In this document: piece by piece, positions 1 through 25,790 of the stretch
Position numbering within the stretch: the stretch's first letter is position 1
How the letters are laid out: each line of letters starts with the position of its first letter
From: Lingula anatina
Taxonomy: Eukaryota; Animalia; Brachiopoda
NCBI GenBank assembly: GCA_051362555.1
Contig: CM120642.1
Location: 25,792,001-25,856,000, forward strand
Direction: 5' to 3'
Length of the DNA: 64,000 bases
Notes under the pieces: generated by a model
Told to the model about the DNA's origin: nothing
Databases searched by the model: none
The model's input: only the letters and a program-made list of their open reading frames with translations
Position numbers and translations under genes: made by a program

Positions 1-2428
1 TGTGGGGGGGAACGACACTTTGCCAGGCAGCAGCCATCAAGCTAACCAATTGTTAGACAAAACCATCATTAGTGGGGACCAGAATAATGGGCTCAGACTT
101 AAGAACATATCTTTCTGAAGTCTTCACTTTCTCAAAGAGTGAAAACTAAATTTGCTCTACCAATTATCTTTTTTTTTAATGTTTATAAGATAGGGTTTAT
201 ATATTTACAAAGACAAGAAGGTAAAATTTTACCAGATTCACATTTTTGCTCATAACAGAACAGTAGCCAAGATTTTAAAGGTTAGCAGTTGAAAGTAGAA
301 TTCCTCAAATCTGTATAACCACTAGTGTCATATGTCTTTTAACAGGAAACTAAAAATATCCAGCAAATGTCAGACAGTTATAGACGTTCACATGTAACCA
401 TATTCAACCAGAGTCAATCTTAGGTGCATGACCTAAACATGATCTGCATATAAAAGAAGTCTAGTCCAGCCCTAGCATCTGTTCTGTATGACTGAACCAT
501 TATCTATTATCCAAAAATACCACACCTTATGATACCACACAAAAGATTATAACTCTTAAAAATAACTAGGAGTTTATATGAAGCAATACAATCATATAGG
601 TCATATCGAAATATAACTTATATTATTGCTCAACCATGACTTAAATATACCATGCACACAAAATTTAAATAGGAATAATAATGTGTCATTATGTAGAGAT
701 TGCTATGAATTTCATGATGACAAAAAGAACTGCAAAATACTGAACAAAAAATAAATAAATAAATAAATAAATCTTTGATACAGTAGTTTGAATAAAAGGA
801 AATGGTAACACTGGGTAATGGATATCATTATCAATGCAAATGCAGCATTACCACGACCAAAAATCTGTATTAGTTATATATTCTGCACATATAATTGGCC
901 ACCTATCCCTTTAAACTGTCAGCCAGAGACAAGGAACACTCACATCAAGCATGACCTTTGCTTTTGATGATCTTACAAAGATGACAGGAATGACCCAGTT
1001 TCATTCTATGAGTCATTTAACTGTAACTGTTCTTTTTTTTTTTTTTTTTTTTGTCCTTGGTATTTTATGTCAAATAACACTGATACTTTCAAGAAAAACG
1101 GCTAATGTAACACAGGAGATCACATTTCAAATAGTTCAATGCAGCAAAACTGGTTTAACTCTGAACATATAATAATAGTTAGTGGAAAGATGAACACAGT
1201 CAGTTAATGAACGAAATAATCGTGACTGACAAATCAGTTTACTAGTAGAGTGCCATTGTTATCAGGTACATACAGACTAAGTTAAACTTAGTAAATACAA
1301 TTTAATGAGGTGAGGAAACTGAAATAAAAACTTTTTTAAATCTGGCAAACAAATAAATAACACAAAACTTTACAAAGCAAACAAATACCAAGACAATGAA
1401 TGGAATTTTCATTTAAACATTCAAAACGCAAATAACTTTCATCATTTTTATCAAACAATCAACATTTCCCAGAGACATCAGCTTTCTGGTTACATGAAAA
1501 TCAAATCTTAAGGGTTAATAAGTTCACAGAGACAAAAATAGTGCACAAGATGATATACACAGCATTTTGAAAATAAAGATACAGTAATGTTTCAGTGTTT
1601 CTGGTAAACTTTAGTTAGTATAGGGTTAAGCTACATCAAACGAACAAACAAAGTTTTATTTTAAAAATCAAGGAAATAATCTGGGTTAAAAAGACTATAC
1701 ACAAAACAGGGTTTGGTTAGTTTGATGAAACAAAGGGAAATGAAAACTCATTTTAATTTACTCACATTTTTGAAAAGTCTTTTTCTTTTCATTTTCTAGC
1801 AAAAAAAAAAGTGAAAACAGAAGAATACTTAAATCTGTTTTGCATAAACTCTGTTTTCAAATTTGATACCACGAGTTGCCAACATATGTAAATCTTTCCA
1901 CATAAATGTAAACTTAAAAAAGATTTGAATAAAATACATGTCAACAAATATCTATAATAGGCACTGCTTGGTTGCATTAGTATCTACATCTAAAATAGCA
2001 TAGCTGGATTAAATAGGAGATAAACTATGAGCAAAAGAAAAAAAATCCAACCAATTAACTGAACTGTTAAGCTTGCAAGTTGCAATCATGTCAAAGTGAT
2101 AGCCAATATGAAATCAAACAAAATATCATGTCAGGACACTTATTGGTATACGGGCGATCACCACATTTGGACAGAAATGTTTTTAGGCCTGCATTAAAAA
2201 CACAAGCAAAAACACATAGCAGCTGGTCTGATTGAAATTTTCCTGATTGGCAGCATCCAAATCATTAATTTCCACTTTCAATTTTCCTTTATTTCTTGTT
2301 AAAAATCACAGAAGCATTGGCAAGAGACAATCAAATCTTTTATTATTTTTTCTATGGGGTCAGAATTTGGTGGAGGCTTGGGAAATAGGGGGAGGGTAGT
2401 CTACCAAACCAAAGAAACATGACTGTAC

Positions 2429-4642
2429 CTTAGTTTTCCCTGTCAGTGGTTCTCTTGTATAATCTCTGTGAGCACTCTTTGTTGCTTCTGGTCTTTCAGG
2501 AAAAATTGTAGCAAGTTCCTCGTCAATTGAGGGCAAATCATTCTGCCTATTTTTCATCTGCAATTATGTGGGTGGAAAACTGAATTTGTGTACAAATTGT
2601 GAATGGATGTTGTATCATCAAAGTATTTGTGGAAGCATAGGACTTTATATATATATATATATATATATATCTAGAGTAATTAACATATACCACACCACAT
2701 CTAAAATAATCACCAGAAAGTAACACATAAGAAGAAAGTTTACAACATTAATTCTCAGCAATCTAAATTTCGGATCTATTATAAGGTTTTCACTGGCTTT
2801 ATTAATCACTCAGTAACTATAATAATATCTTTAATCTTAAATCAGATATTATTCTCCATGTCAAATAAACATCCAATTGTTTGAGTAAAATTCAATGATT
2901 TTACCATTTACAATAAGATATCCTTCCTAAAAATAATATTCACTGAAAACTTTAACCAATATACTAGTACTAAATAAAATACATTATAAATACAATCCAT
3001 GTTTACCATTGCACCTTATTGCAATGCTATAAAATTATAACCATGTTGGGTAAAATTAATTTACTAGTGTAAATGTATACCTTCCTTCCTTCCTTCCTTC
3101 CTGACAATCTTATTCATCTACATTTATGCCACAGAAATATGTTGAAAAACAAAACATGAAAAAGAACAGTCAACCATATTACAAATTAGTTAAAAGTCTG
3201 AACATATAAAATACAAATGAAATCAACTTTACCTGAGTAGGCATAGCTTCCAGTGCCTCATCAATGGCTTCCACAGCTTCCTTAAACCCCTTGGGAATGC
3301 GAGAGGCAGGCATGAACTTATCTTTGTTAGTTGCATACAGGAAAGTATTTTCCTCAAACACCCACGCACTGAAGAGGAATAAAATTAAGAATTCAAACAA
3401 TTTTACAGTGGATCATTTGCTGTAAAAGTAGTCTATCATCATCTCCTCTAATAGGACTCAAATATATTTCTCTTGCAAAAAACTGTATCAATCACTGTTG
3501 ATTTATGCACAAAAATTCTTATACGGCACATGCAAAAGTTCAATAAGTGGTTGTGTAGTTTATCTAACTTTATTTCCTAAATTTTGAATGAAATTACCCA
3601 AAAGCAAATTGATTAAGTGGTATGTTTAGTGTAATCACAGACGTATAATGTGTCTATAGTCTTGATATTTCATTCTATTATATGTACAATACTATGTCAT
3701 ATAATAGTATTCTAACAGTGCCATTCTGAGAGAGTTTATAAGATAGGCCTAGTGAATAGACTTTGGTTGCTTTCACTGGAAATCTTATCTTGGTGATTTC
3801 CTTGTCAGTTGTAAATATTCTGAGGTTCCTCTACCGGATTACTGTACTTACTAATTCTCAGACCCATAAAAGAAGATAAAATGCATTGGTTTCTTATTGC
3901 TTGGTCTCTTCACTTCGGGCTTTGGCTCTATCACCTAAACATAAAGAATGCAAGCTTTTGATTCTGCCCCATATAATAACCAATTTTCAAAATAGGAATC
4001 AATAACCTATGAAAACAAGCAATGAAGCCAAAATTTAACTAGGTCAAATATTTTAAATTCTTTGGCAAACAATAGATCAAGATAGTGTAGGCAGCTTGTC
4101 TCGCCTGTAAGAAATCAGCAAATATCACAACATGGCAAAGAATTGGAAAGGGTGTGGTTCGCATGTTAAGAAATGCTCTACATATTTTTCAATGGTCATG
4201 ATACTGAGACAATCAGTGATAGGGTTGGGTTTCAATCAAAAGGAACAGCACCGACTTAATAAAAAAGTTTAAACCATAAATCATGTCTATCTAAACAAAG
4301 CAATATACTTTATTTGGGAAACATTATCATTAAGTTTATGCGTTGGCAAAGATGTTACTATAATTGGATGATTTAGCATTGCTAGCCGAATGCACTACTA
4401 CCAACTCCCCCTTTTGGCGTGAGGCACGGGCACCAACCGGCCTCTCTTTGTTCACGAGGGTGCACGTACCTTCCCCGGCCATGCAGGAAAGCCCTTCATT
4501 TTCGCCCTGAAATTGGAAAGATACGGTCATTAAACATATTGACATTCATAGATGAGATCTGATCACAAAATTGACCATGCATTATTCTAAACCAAGCACA
4601 TCCTTACCATACAAGATCGCCGACTCTGAATTTTGATGCCAT
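2429..4642 (-). CDS. GLYR1: PWWP-domain protein, probably GLYR1/N-PAC (first 5 coding exons; gene continues left of the window or in exons not found)
   Basis: Exons 4642-4608, 4506-4470, 3934-3852, 3368-3233, 2557-2429, all GT-AG and phase-compatible, give MASKFRVGDLVWAKMKGFPAWPGKVIEPKPEVKRPSNKKPMHFIFFYGSENYAWVFEENTFLY...KGFKEAVEAIDEAL. This is an N-terminal PWWP domain. Exon breaks (after GDLVW, after WPGK, before AW) match my recollection of vertebrate GLYR1. The C-terminal dehydrogenase domain is not visible here. Confidence 0.75.
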
Positions 4643-5090
4643 CTTGAATTGTTCACGTGGGATGTACAAGATAAAACGCGCACCGTGTGCTTTTGTCACC
4701 GTGACACTATCGATATCTTAGATATGAGTATATTGTTTCCAAATCTTAAAAAAATCCGAAACAAAAATCTATTTTTGGGAATATAATTGTATGTATTTAC
4801 TAAAACATATCTGTTTATTTAAATCTAAGTTAACAGATTATGAAAAGTAAATATCTATTTTGAAGCTAGTTTTAAGTTTTACGCGCGTTTTATCTTCTCA
4901 ACCAGATACTGTTTACATATGGCTGACTAGTGATTTGTAAGTTGAAGAGTCTTCTAAAGATTTTTTTGTGGCATTTGTTTTAATCTAGCAATTTAATAGA
5001 TATATTTTACTGTGACGGTTGAATTTTAGTCGAGACAAGAGATGGTATAGTGATTTATTAGAATTTTACTTTAAACGCTTGGAAAGGTAA
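4643..5090. promoter_or_regulatory. Probable bidirectional promoter between the PWWP gene and the microprotein gene
   Basis: Locally CpG-rich against a CpG-poor background, with an E-box (tcacgtgg, about 4653). A plus-strand donor AAG|GTAAGA near 5087 suggests a non-coding first exon. Confidence 0.45.
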
Positions 5091-5576
5091 GAATCCGCGT
5101 TGGAAATGATTAAAAAAAAACTTCAAATAAAATAACCTGATATCAATATTTCTTTCTGTAATACGCTAGCGGTCAACGTGACTGATCAAAGACATTTTTC
5201 TAGAAATTTAGTACAACTGTTTAATTTTTAAATCAGAAATGGTATAAAACACACAAAAAGCAACCAGAGAATGTAAGAGAATTTTGATTTTTTTACATGA
5301 AAATTTTATATAGTGGGAAATCCCAGATACCTTTAATTAAGTGCTGTCAATTTATTGTCAGTATTAACTTTACTTATGATTGACACAGCATTTGTAGCAT
5401 TTTAATTTGGACTGTAATGAAACTCAATTTTCTTTTGTGAGAGTGAAAATAGAAAAATCAAATGTACATTTTATTGTGGTCACTTTATTACAAGTAAGTT
5501 CTTTTACCATCATGATCATAAAATTTGAAGACAACAGTAAAAATAACTTGCTTATTTGACGAAATGTATGTATAAA

Positions 5577-5636
<60 letters not shown>
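5577..5636. repeat. (ATT)n microsatellite
   Basis: About 19 ATT units directly before the acceptor AG at 5638-5639. Confidence 0.95.
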
Positions 5637-5663
5637 TAGCTACAACAAAGAAATAAGTTAACC

Positions 5664-8600
5664 ATGGGTTGTGGCTCCAGTTCAGGTAAGAAAAAAGAAA
5701 AGAAAATAATAGGTGTTTGAATTACAAAAAAAAAAAAAAAAACTTTAAGGTTACCTTATGCACACACTTGAATTAACATGATGAAATGTAAATATAACCA
5801 AACTAATACCAAATAAGTTCAAATACATGAGTGAGTCATTTCACGTGCCATTTACTTTAAGATATTTATGTGTTATCTTTACTAACCCATCCTTTTAATT
5901 TTCATGGCATACTATGAATTTTTATTTTCCTATCTTGAAAAAGATGTGTTGAAGTCACCATAACAGCATAGTTGATAAATTTATTTTAGAGCATCTTTCG
6001 AATTTATTGAAAGTATTTAGTTATGTAAATTATATTTTAAAGGTCCTGCATATCCAAAGCAGCAATATACAAATGGGGGTAAGTAGAATGAGTAAGAAAT
6101 TTGAATTGCTCAATTTTTTAAAAATATGGACAGCATAAAAAACTGATACTTGTATATGACATATGTAGCAGACAATTTTTAACATTTGTTAACAGTTTTA
6201 CTATTTGTGAGAACACCAAATTTGATACTGTAAATTATAAATAATCATTTATATATTAAATGATTTTATAGGTTATCCCTCACAACAATACAGCAGTGGA
6301 AATCAACCTGGAGGTGAGTGGGTAATTATCAGAGGCAATATGACCAGGTTGGGTTTTTTGGAAGTTAACTTTTAAAACAAATTTGAGGTGTCAGATTTTG
6401 GTTTTAAAAAGTCTCCAATTTTTTCCATTGGTTTTTTCATTGCTTTAAAAAAATTTTTTTCAATGGAATTGTTTTCCCACCTGGTCAATGCTCAATGTTT
6501 GGACACATTGAGCACCACATTAACTAAACTGTTTTTAGACTAATTCCAAGAGGAAGCAGACAGTTGGGTATGGCACTCGGCCTGAAGGATAATGAAGGCT
6601 TTGCAGTTTGAGCAAAAAACTCGATTGCAATCCACATGTCCACAATCTGAAGTCAGTCCAAAATTTGTTTAATGTCAAGCAAAATTTCATTGTCACAATG
6701 TAACTTAATTTCAGCCTACTATGGACCTACAGGGCCAATGATGGTTGGTGGAGGATGCATGCACAACAACAATGATGACAGATTTGTAGAGGGCGCTTTA
6801 GTTGGTAAGCAATGATTTTAATTGAAGTTTTTTTAGTTTTTATTTACTGTCATCAGACTTTCTTAAAAGATGTTGGAAGGTGGTGTGCAAAGAATAAAAT
6901 ACACCATACAGGTCAGTAGCCAGCAATTTCAGAGGGGGGGTTCGTTTTCTGAAAAAGTGGACCTTTTACCATAAAATCCTCAAGTAGGCCTACATAGGTC
7001 AAATTTTACCCAGAGTGGACCTTTTCCCAGCAAAAAAGGGTGGTTCTTTCGAACCCCCCGAACCCCCCCTGGCTACGGGCCTGCCATAACAGATTGTAAA
7101 CAGTTTCAATGTTGATTTTCTGTACAGCATGTATTTTTAACTGAATTATCATTATTGTACCACCAGCGTTAGCGCTGGCGGTACACATGGTTTCGGTCCC
7201 GTCCGGATCGTTCCGCCGGCTCCGCCGGCTCCGCCGGCTCCGCCGGACGGCTACCGTTACCGCTTCTCCTCCTAGACGGTAAGGGCCCCCGTACCCATCT
7301 CATGGATTTAGGTCACCTATAATCTCAACTCGTTCCACGTAAAATTTGGGCTTTGTCGGTATTGGGGTCTGGGTGTGGCACTCATTGCAATGCACCCTTG
7401 TCTAAAAATGGCAAAATTAAATGCTAATTATCTACCCTACGGAAGGAGTTATGGGAAAAATTTCTATAGACGGCTTTCCAAAAGTCATATGTGTAGATTT
7501 CAAATATACCCTTGGATTTGACCTTTGACCTTTACTTCAAGGTCAAATGGGCCAAAATTTTCAAAAAAATGAAATTTTTTACGAAAAAAATTTTTTTTGC
7601 CCTGTTATTCAGACACCACACAGACTTAACCAATAATATTATTGGAAGGTGTTACCCTTCAGGTCATCTTTCATCTCCATGAATTTGGGGTCAATCGGTG
7701 CATTTTCACGGGAGTAGCGGCCATAAGATACCGAAACTGAAAACTGTCTCTAATTCGGGAACCGTTAATGCTAGAGAACCATTCTTTTTTGCATTTTGTA
7801 GAGCATGTAAAGCCCAACACTGGAGGTGGTCTCGGTTTTTTTGTATTCCATACGGTTTTCGAGTTACGCTGTATCAAAAAGTACATATTGGTGGTAAAAG
7901 CAAAATGTGCAGTACGGTAATGGATAATAAATTTTGAACTCTGGAAAAATAAAACATAAGGCTTGGCAAAGCAGACAACTTGTGTTCAAAAAAGACATTA
8001 TTTCATCAAATTTGAACTTCTGAAACTTCAGAGCACCTCCTATTTCAAGAATTTTGACCAAAATGACATTTTCTTTATTTTAATTAATTTTTTCTGTATG
8101 AAATTTAAGGCACATTATGGTAACTCCAAAATTATAACATTTAGTCCCTTATATCTCCAAAACTGGCAGAGATAGGTCCATAGTTACTATTGAAGTTGAA
8201 TAGGAAGTCATATACTGGCAATCGTACTATGACCTTGAAAGTGACCTTTGACCTACTTTTCACCATGAACTGAACTTTGCAAATTTTTCTTCCCTTTTAT
8301 CTCCAAAACTGGCAGAGATAGGTCCATAGTTACTATTGAAGTTGAATAGGAAGTCATATACTGGCAATCTTACTATGACCTTGAAAGTGACCTTTGACCT
8401 ACTTTTCACCATGAACTGAACTTTGCAAATTTTTCTTCCCTTTTATCTCCAAAACTGGCGGATATAGGTCCATAGTTACTATTGAACTTGAATAGGAAGT
8501 CATATACTGGCAATCTAAATGTGACCTTGAAATTGACCTTTGACCTACTTTTCACCATAAACTGAACTTTGCAAATTTTGCTTCCCTTTTATCTCCAAAA

Positions 8601-10826
8601 CTGGCAGAGATAGGTCCATAGTTACTATTGAACTTGAATAGGAAGTCATATACTGGCAATCAAAATGTGACCTTAAAATTGACCTTTGACCTACTTTACA
8701 CCATGAACTGAATTTTGCAAATTTTGCTTTCCTTTTATCTCCAAAACTGGCTGAGATAGGTCCGTAGTTACTATTGAACTTGAATAGGAAGTCATATACT
8801 GGCAATCTAAATGTGACCTTAAAATTGACCTTTGACCTACTTTACACCATGAACTGAATTTTGCAAATTTTGCTTTCCTTTTATCTCCAAAACTGGCTGA
8901 GATAGGTCCGTAGTTACTATTGAACTTGAATAGGAAGTCATATACTGGCAATCTAAATGTGACCTTGAAATTGACCTTTGACCTACTTTTCACCATAAAC
9001 TGAACTTTGCAAATTTTGCTTCCCTTTTATCTCCAAAACTGGCAGAGATAGGTCCATAGTTACTATTGAACTTGAATAGGAAGTCATATACTGGCAATCT
9101 AAATGTGACCTTGAAATTGACCTTAACCTACTTTTCACCATGAACTGAATTTTGCAAATTTTGCTTCCCTATTATCTCCAAAACTGGCTGAGATAGGTCC
9201 ATAGTTACTATTGAACTTGAATAGGAAGTCATATACTGGCAATCTAAATGTGACCTTGAAATTGACCTTTGACCTACTTTTCACCATGAACTGAACTTTG
9301 CAAATTTTGCTTTCCTTTTATCTCCAAAACTGGCAGAGATAGGTCCATAGTTACTATTGAACTTGAAAAGGAAGTCATATACTGGCAATCCAAATGTGAC
9401 CTTAAAATTGACCTTTGACCTACTTTACACCATAAACTGAATTTTGCAAATTTTGCTTTCCTTTTATCTCCAAAACTGGCAGAGATAGGTCCATAGTTAC
9501 TATTGAACTTGAATAGGAAGTCATATACTGGCAATCTAAATGTGACCTTGAAATTGACCTTTGACCTACTTTTCACCATGAACTGAACTTTGCAAATTTT
9601 GCTTTCCTTTTATCTCCAAAACTGGCAGAGATAGGTCCATAGTTACTATTGAACTTGAAAAGGAAGTCATATACTGGCAATCCAAATGTGACCTTAAAAT
9701 TGACCTTTGACCTATTTTACACCATAAACTGAATTTTGCAAATTTTGCTTTCCTTTTATCTCCAAAACTGGCTGAGATAGGTCCGTAGTTACTATTGAAC
9801 TTGAATAGGAAGTCATATACTGGCATTATAAATGTGACATTAAAATTGACCTTTGTCCTACTTTTCACCATAAACTGAACTTTGCAAATTTTGCTTCCCT
9901 TTTATCTCCAAAACTGGCAGAGATAGGTCCATAGTTACTATTGAACTTGAATAGAAAGTCATATACTGGCAATCTAAATGTGACCTTGAAATTGACCTTT
10001 GACCTACTTTTTATCATGAACTGAACTCTGCTAATTTCTTTCTCTTTTAACTTCAAACTTGACAGAGATAGGTCCATAGTTACTCTTGAACTTGAATAGG
10101 AAGTCATATACTGGCAATTTACTGTGACCTTGAAATTGACCCTTGACCTACCTTACGAAGAACTTAAATTTGATTGTACCATATATATTTTTTGCAATAG
10201 TTTAAAAATTCTTGTTGATTGCATTTTTACAGCTTGTCAAGCACAAAACTGGTGGCCGTGTCCCTTATTTTGTGTATGTGGGGGTCTATACGAATGCGCT
10301 TGCTCCAGCTGGTGGTACAATATTCGGAGGCGGTATCGCCTCTCTGATCCTCTAGTTATTGTTATTATCACACTGAAGGGAGAAATTAAGACATTGATGC
10401 ATTGTAACAGATATTGGTATTTTTTAAATAGTTCTGTTTATTGAGATGCTTATAATTCTGTTTTGGCAGCATGAACAGATATAGGCTTTTTACAGTGGGA
10501 TGGGGGTAGGGAGTGAAGTGACGTGTTGGGGGAGAACAGAAAAAGAAGGAAAATATTAAATTTTTCTAGGTTTCCGCATGAAAAAAGAAAAGTGTGGCAG
10601 ACACATACAAATCCCCTTTGCAGTTCCCTCCATCTTCTCTCCGGACCCATATTAGCATATTATTTAACAGGAATTTAATTACTTTCCTATAGGTGGTGCT
10701 GTAGGCATGATGGCTGCACATCAGATGGGAGGTGGGTATCAGCCTGTAGATCTTCCTGGAGGATACCACTTGGGACCTCGGCTTCCAAATCACAGTGTTG
10801 AAGTAATGGGAGTGGACATTATGTAG
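5664..10826 (+). CDS. Small 107-aa G/Y/P/Q-rich protein with N-terminal myristoylation/palmitoylation motif (uncharacterised)
   Basis: Exons 5664-5685, 6043-6078, 6272-6313, 6715-6804, 10693-10826. All four introns are GT-AG and phase 1; the total of 324 nt is open to TAG; Kozak-like accATGG start. Protein: MGCGSSSGPAYPKQQYTNGGYPSQQYSSGNQPGAYYGPTGPMMVGGGCMHNNNDDRFVEGALVGGAVGMMAAHQMGGGYQPVDLPGGYHLGPRLPNHSVEVMGVDIM. AATAAA at 11760. Confidence 0.8.
6909..7083. mobile_element. Short non-autonomous DNA transposon (MITE, hAT-like termini)
   Basis: Imperfect TIRs caggtcagtagccag / ctggctacgggcctg (13/15), flanked by a ccata direct duplication; internal gtggacctttt repeated twice. Confidence 0.7.
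7152..10357 (+). mobile_element. Helentron-associated non-autonomous element (HINE / DINE-1 / pearl-like) with internal satellite
   Basis: Perfect 15-bp subterminal inverted repeat tattgtaccaccagc (7153-7167) / gctggtggtacaata (10308-10322); 5' hairpin tgtaccaccagcg-tta-gcgctggcggtaca; (tccgccggc)n minisatellite about 7211-7247; internal tandem array; 3' stem-loop gaggcg-gtat-cgcctc (10327-10342) then ctagtt; T-rich flanks. Confidence 0.8.
8148..10152. repeat. Tandem array of about 14 x 146-bp units
   Basis: ggtcc(a/g)tagttact recurs at 8175, 8321, 8467, 8613, 8759, 8905, 9051, 9196, 9342, 9488, 9634, 9780, 9926 and 10071. Confidence 0.97.
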
Positions 10827-12994
10827 CATGAGGACTCGAGTATTGACCATATACAGCTGCAAAATGTCCCCCTGAAGTTCAGAGGGTATTGGAAACCTAC
10901 CAATCTTTTTGTGATCTTTTTATCTGAATATATCTAACAGACAATTAACCAGGGATAAAGTTCGTACTTGGACTTGTATAGCTGTGATATTATTATTATT
11001 ATTAATCAGAGGCTTTGATAAATATAATTACAGTGAGCAAATCAAAGTTTTTGCAATCTCTCCTTCTGCCAAGATCATTGTTGATCTTTTTCAGAAATGA
11101 ATCTTCATGTTACTTTTCACCTGTAGCAGAGTCCAGCAGTTCAACAGATCATCTATAGAATAAATATTATTCTCAATATTGATATTCTAACATTTTAAAA
11201 TATGGATCATTTATGCTGTAAGTTCCAGTTAGGTCTGAACCACTTCCTTTTTTAATCTCATCTGTTTGATCTTTTCATGAAACTCTGATTAAACTGCATG
11301 GAGAGTGACATTTAAGAAAACACTTTAGAGAACTCTCTGCATGAGTTAACTTTCATTGCCATTTATCGCAGCTGTAAGTCTAGTTTTGATGGAAATATTT
11401 CATCTGGTAGTTGGCCAGTATTATCACTTATTGCAGTGCTAAATAGTTTTTTATTCTTGTTCATGGAAATCAATTCGTATTATTTCTCATGTAAACTGCT
11501 AGATTTTTTCATGTTTTCACCTCAAGTTGAAAGGATCATGTTGCCACGAGGGGTCTTAATTACTTTTTTCCCTTATGTATTCAACAATTTACATCAGTGT
11601 CAAAAACCTGTTACCTCGTGAATTTTAGTAATTTTTTTAAAATATCAATGTCAAATTTGCTAGGGTTCAGAATCAAAACTATGTAACAGATTTTCAGTTC
11701 ATCATCTTCATAGTTTACCTTCATGCATCTTTTATGTAAATGAACTTAGGGCGCTTTCAAATAAAATTTTGTATAAATTATTCAACTTTTTTTTTTTTGA
11801 AATCAAAACAAAGACAAAAATGTGTCACTTAACTTTGAACAAGCACATTTTATTATCTTCAACCACAATTATAGTGCTGCTTAAAACAATAAGTGGCATC
11901 AATAAATACAAACCATTACTTTTAATATGTCGATAACAACCATGCTGTCATTGTAAACCGATTTAGTTAAACATTGATTAGTAACACCTTTTTAAATGCT
12001 GCAAACTATATTCACATACAGCAACTATCAAAAGCCAGCTATATGGTGTAATAATTCACACAGAACATTTTGGTTATGCTTCTTTTCAAACAGTGTTTGA
12101 GTTGCCCTGTGCACTCCAAGCTAGTCATGGGTATTTTAACATATTTATTATAATAATCCTAATAATCCAAGGGGGCATTAACTTGAATAAATCTAGGAAG
12201 AGCAAATTACCAAAAACCACACAAATGGTGTGTAATATCATCACGTACATGACTAAAACTACCCTCCCAAGAATTCACCCAATATGATTATCATTGAACA
12301 ACTAGATTTAGAGGATTATAAAAAGGAAGCACCACACTAGTCAAATGCCATGGAAAACAACCAACCAGACATTTCATGTCATGAAATCTGGCACGACTCA
12401 AAAAGAAAACAGCACAGTGGGTTTGTATACCCCAAAAGAAAAAAAATCTCAATTACAGACTTGCTCCTTTGTAGCTTACATTATCTAGACCATTTAATTT
12501 TACCTGATTACTTTCTCTTGGTTATAACATGTGATCAGTGAAATACTAGAGCCTACATGCTGTCAGGCAGGTGGGTCAACAAATTCAGCAACACAGAAAT
12601 GGGGGAGAGAACATAGAATTCTCCACAGGCAGACACCCAGGATAACAAAACTATGACTTGAATGATAAGGATAAATTACTTCATGTTTATGAATGATATT
12701 ATCAATATAGATGGCCATCTTAAAATTAACCTCAGAGAAATGCATGTTTTCTTTTTTATATATACTAAAACTTAAACGGTCTTATCTAAAGGATCATTAG
12801 TAACAATGGATCATTTTCCATTCCCCTTCCCCCCCCCCCCCAAAAAAAAATTCTTGTTTAAATAAATTTCAAAAATGGGAGTATAGCTGTCATGCATAAT
12901 GGATACAATGTTACGCACTGACCAAAAGCATTTTTACGCCTCCACTAATTATCAACCTAAGACAGACATGATGTTAATTCAAGCATGTAAACTG

Positions 12995-25790
<12,796 letters not shown>

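Noticed and set aside
1-160. Next exon of the PWWP gene
   Set aside because: Candidate acceptors lead to stop codons in the required phase; not supportable.
8545-10107. Repeated minus-strand ORFs (MVKSRSKVNFKVTFRLPVYDFLFKF...)
   Set aside because: By-products of the 146-bp tandem array; the frame shifts with each unit and there is no protein signature.
8148-10152. CRISPR-like periodicity
   Set aside because: Whole units are repeated with no unique spacers, and the context is eukaryotic.
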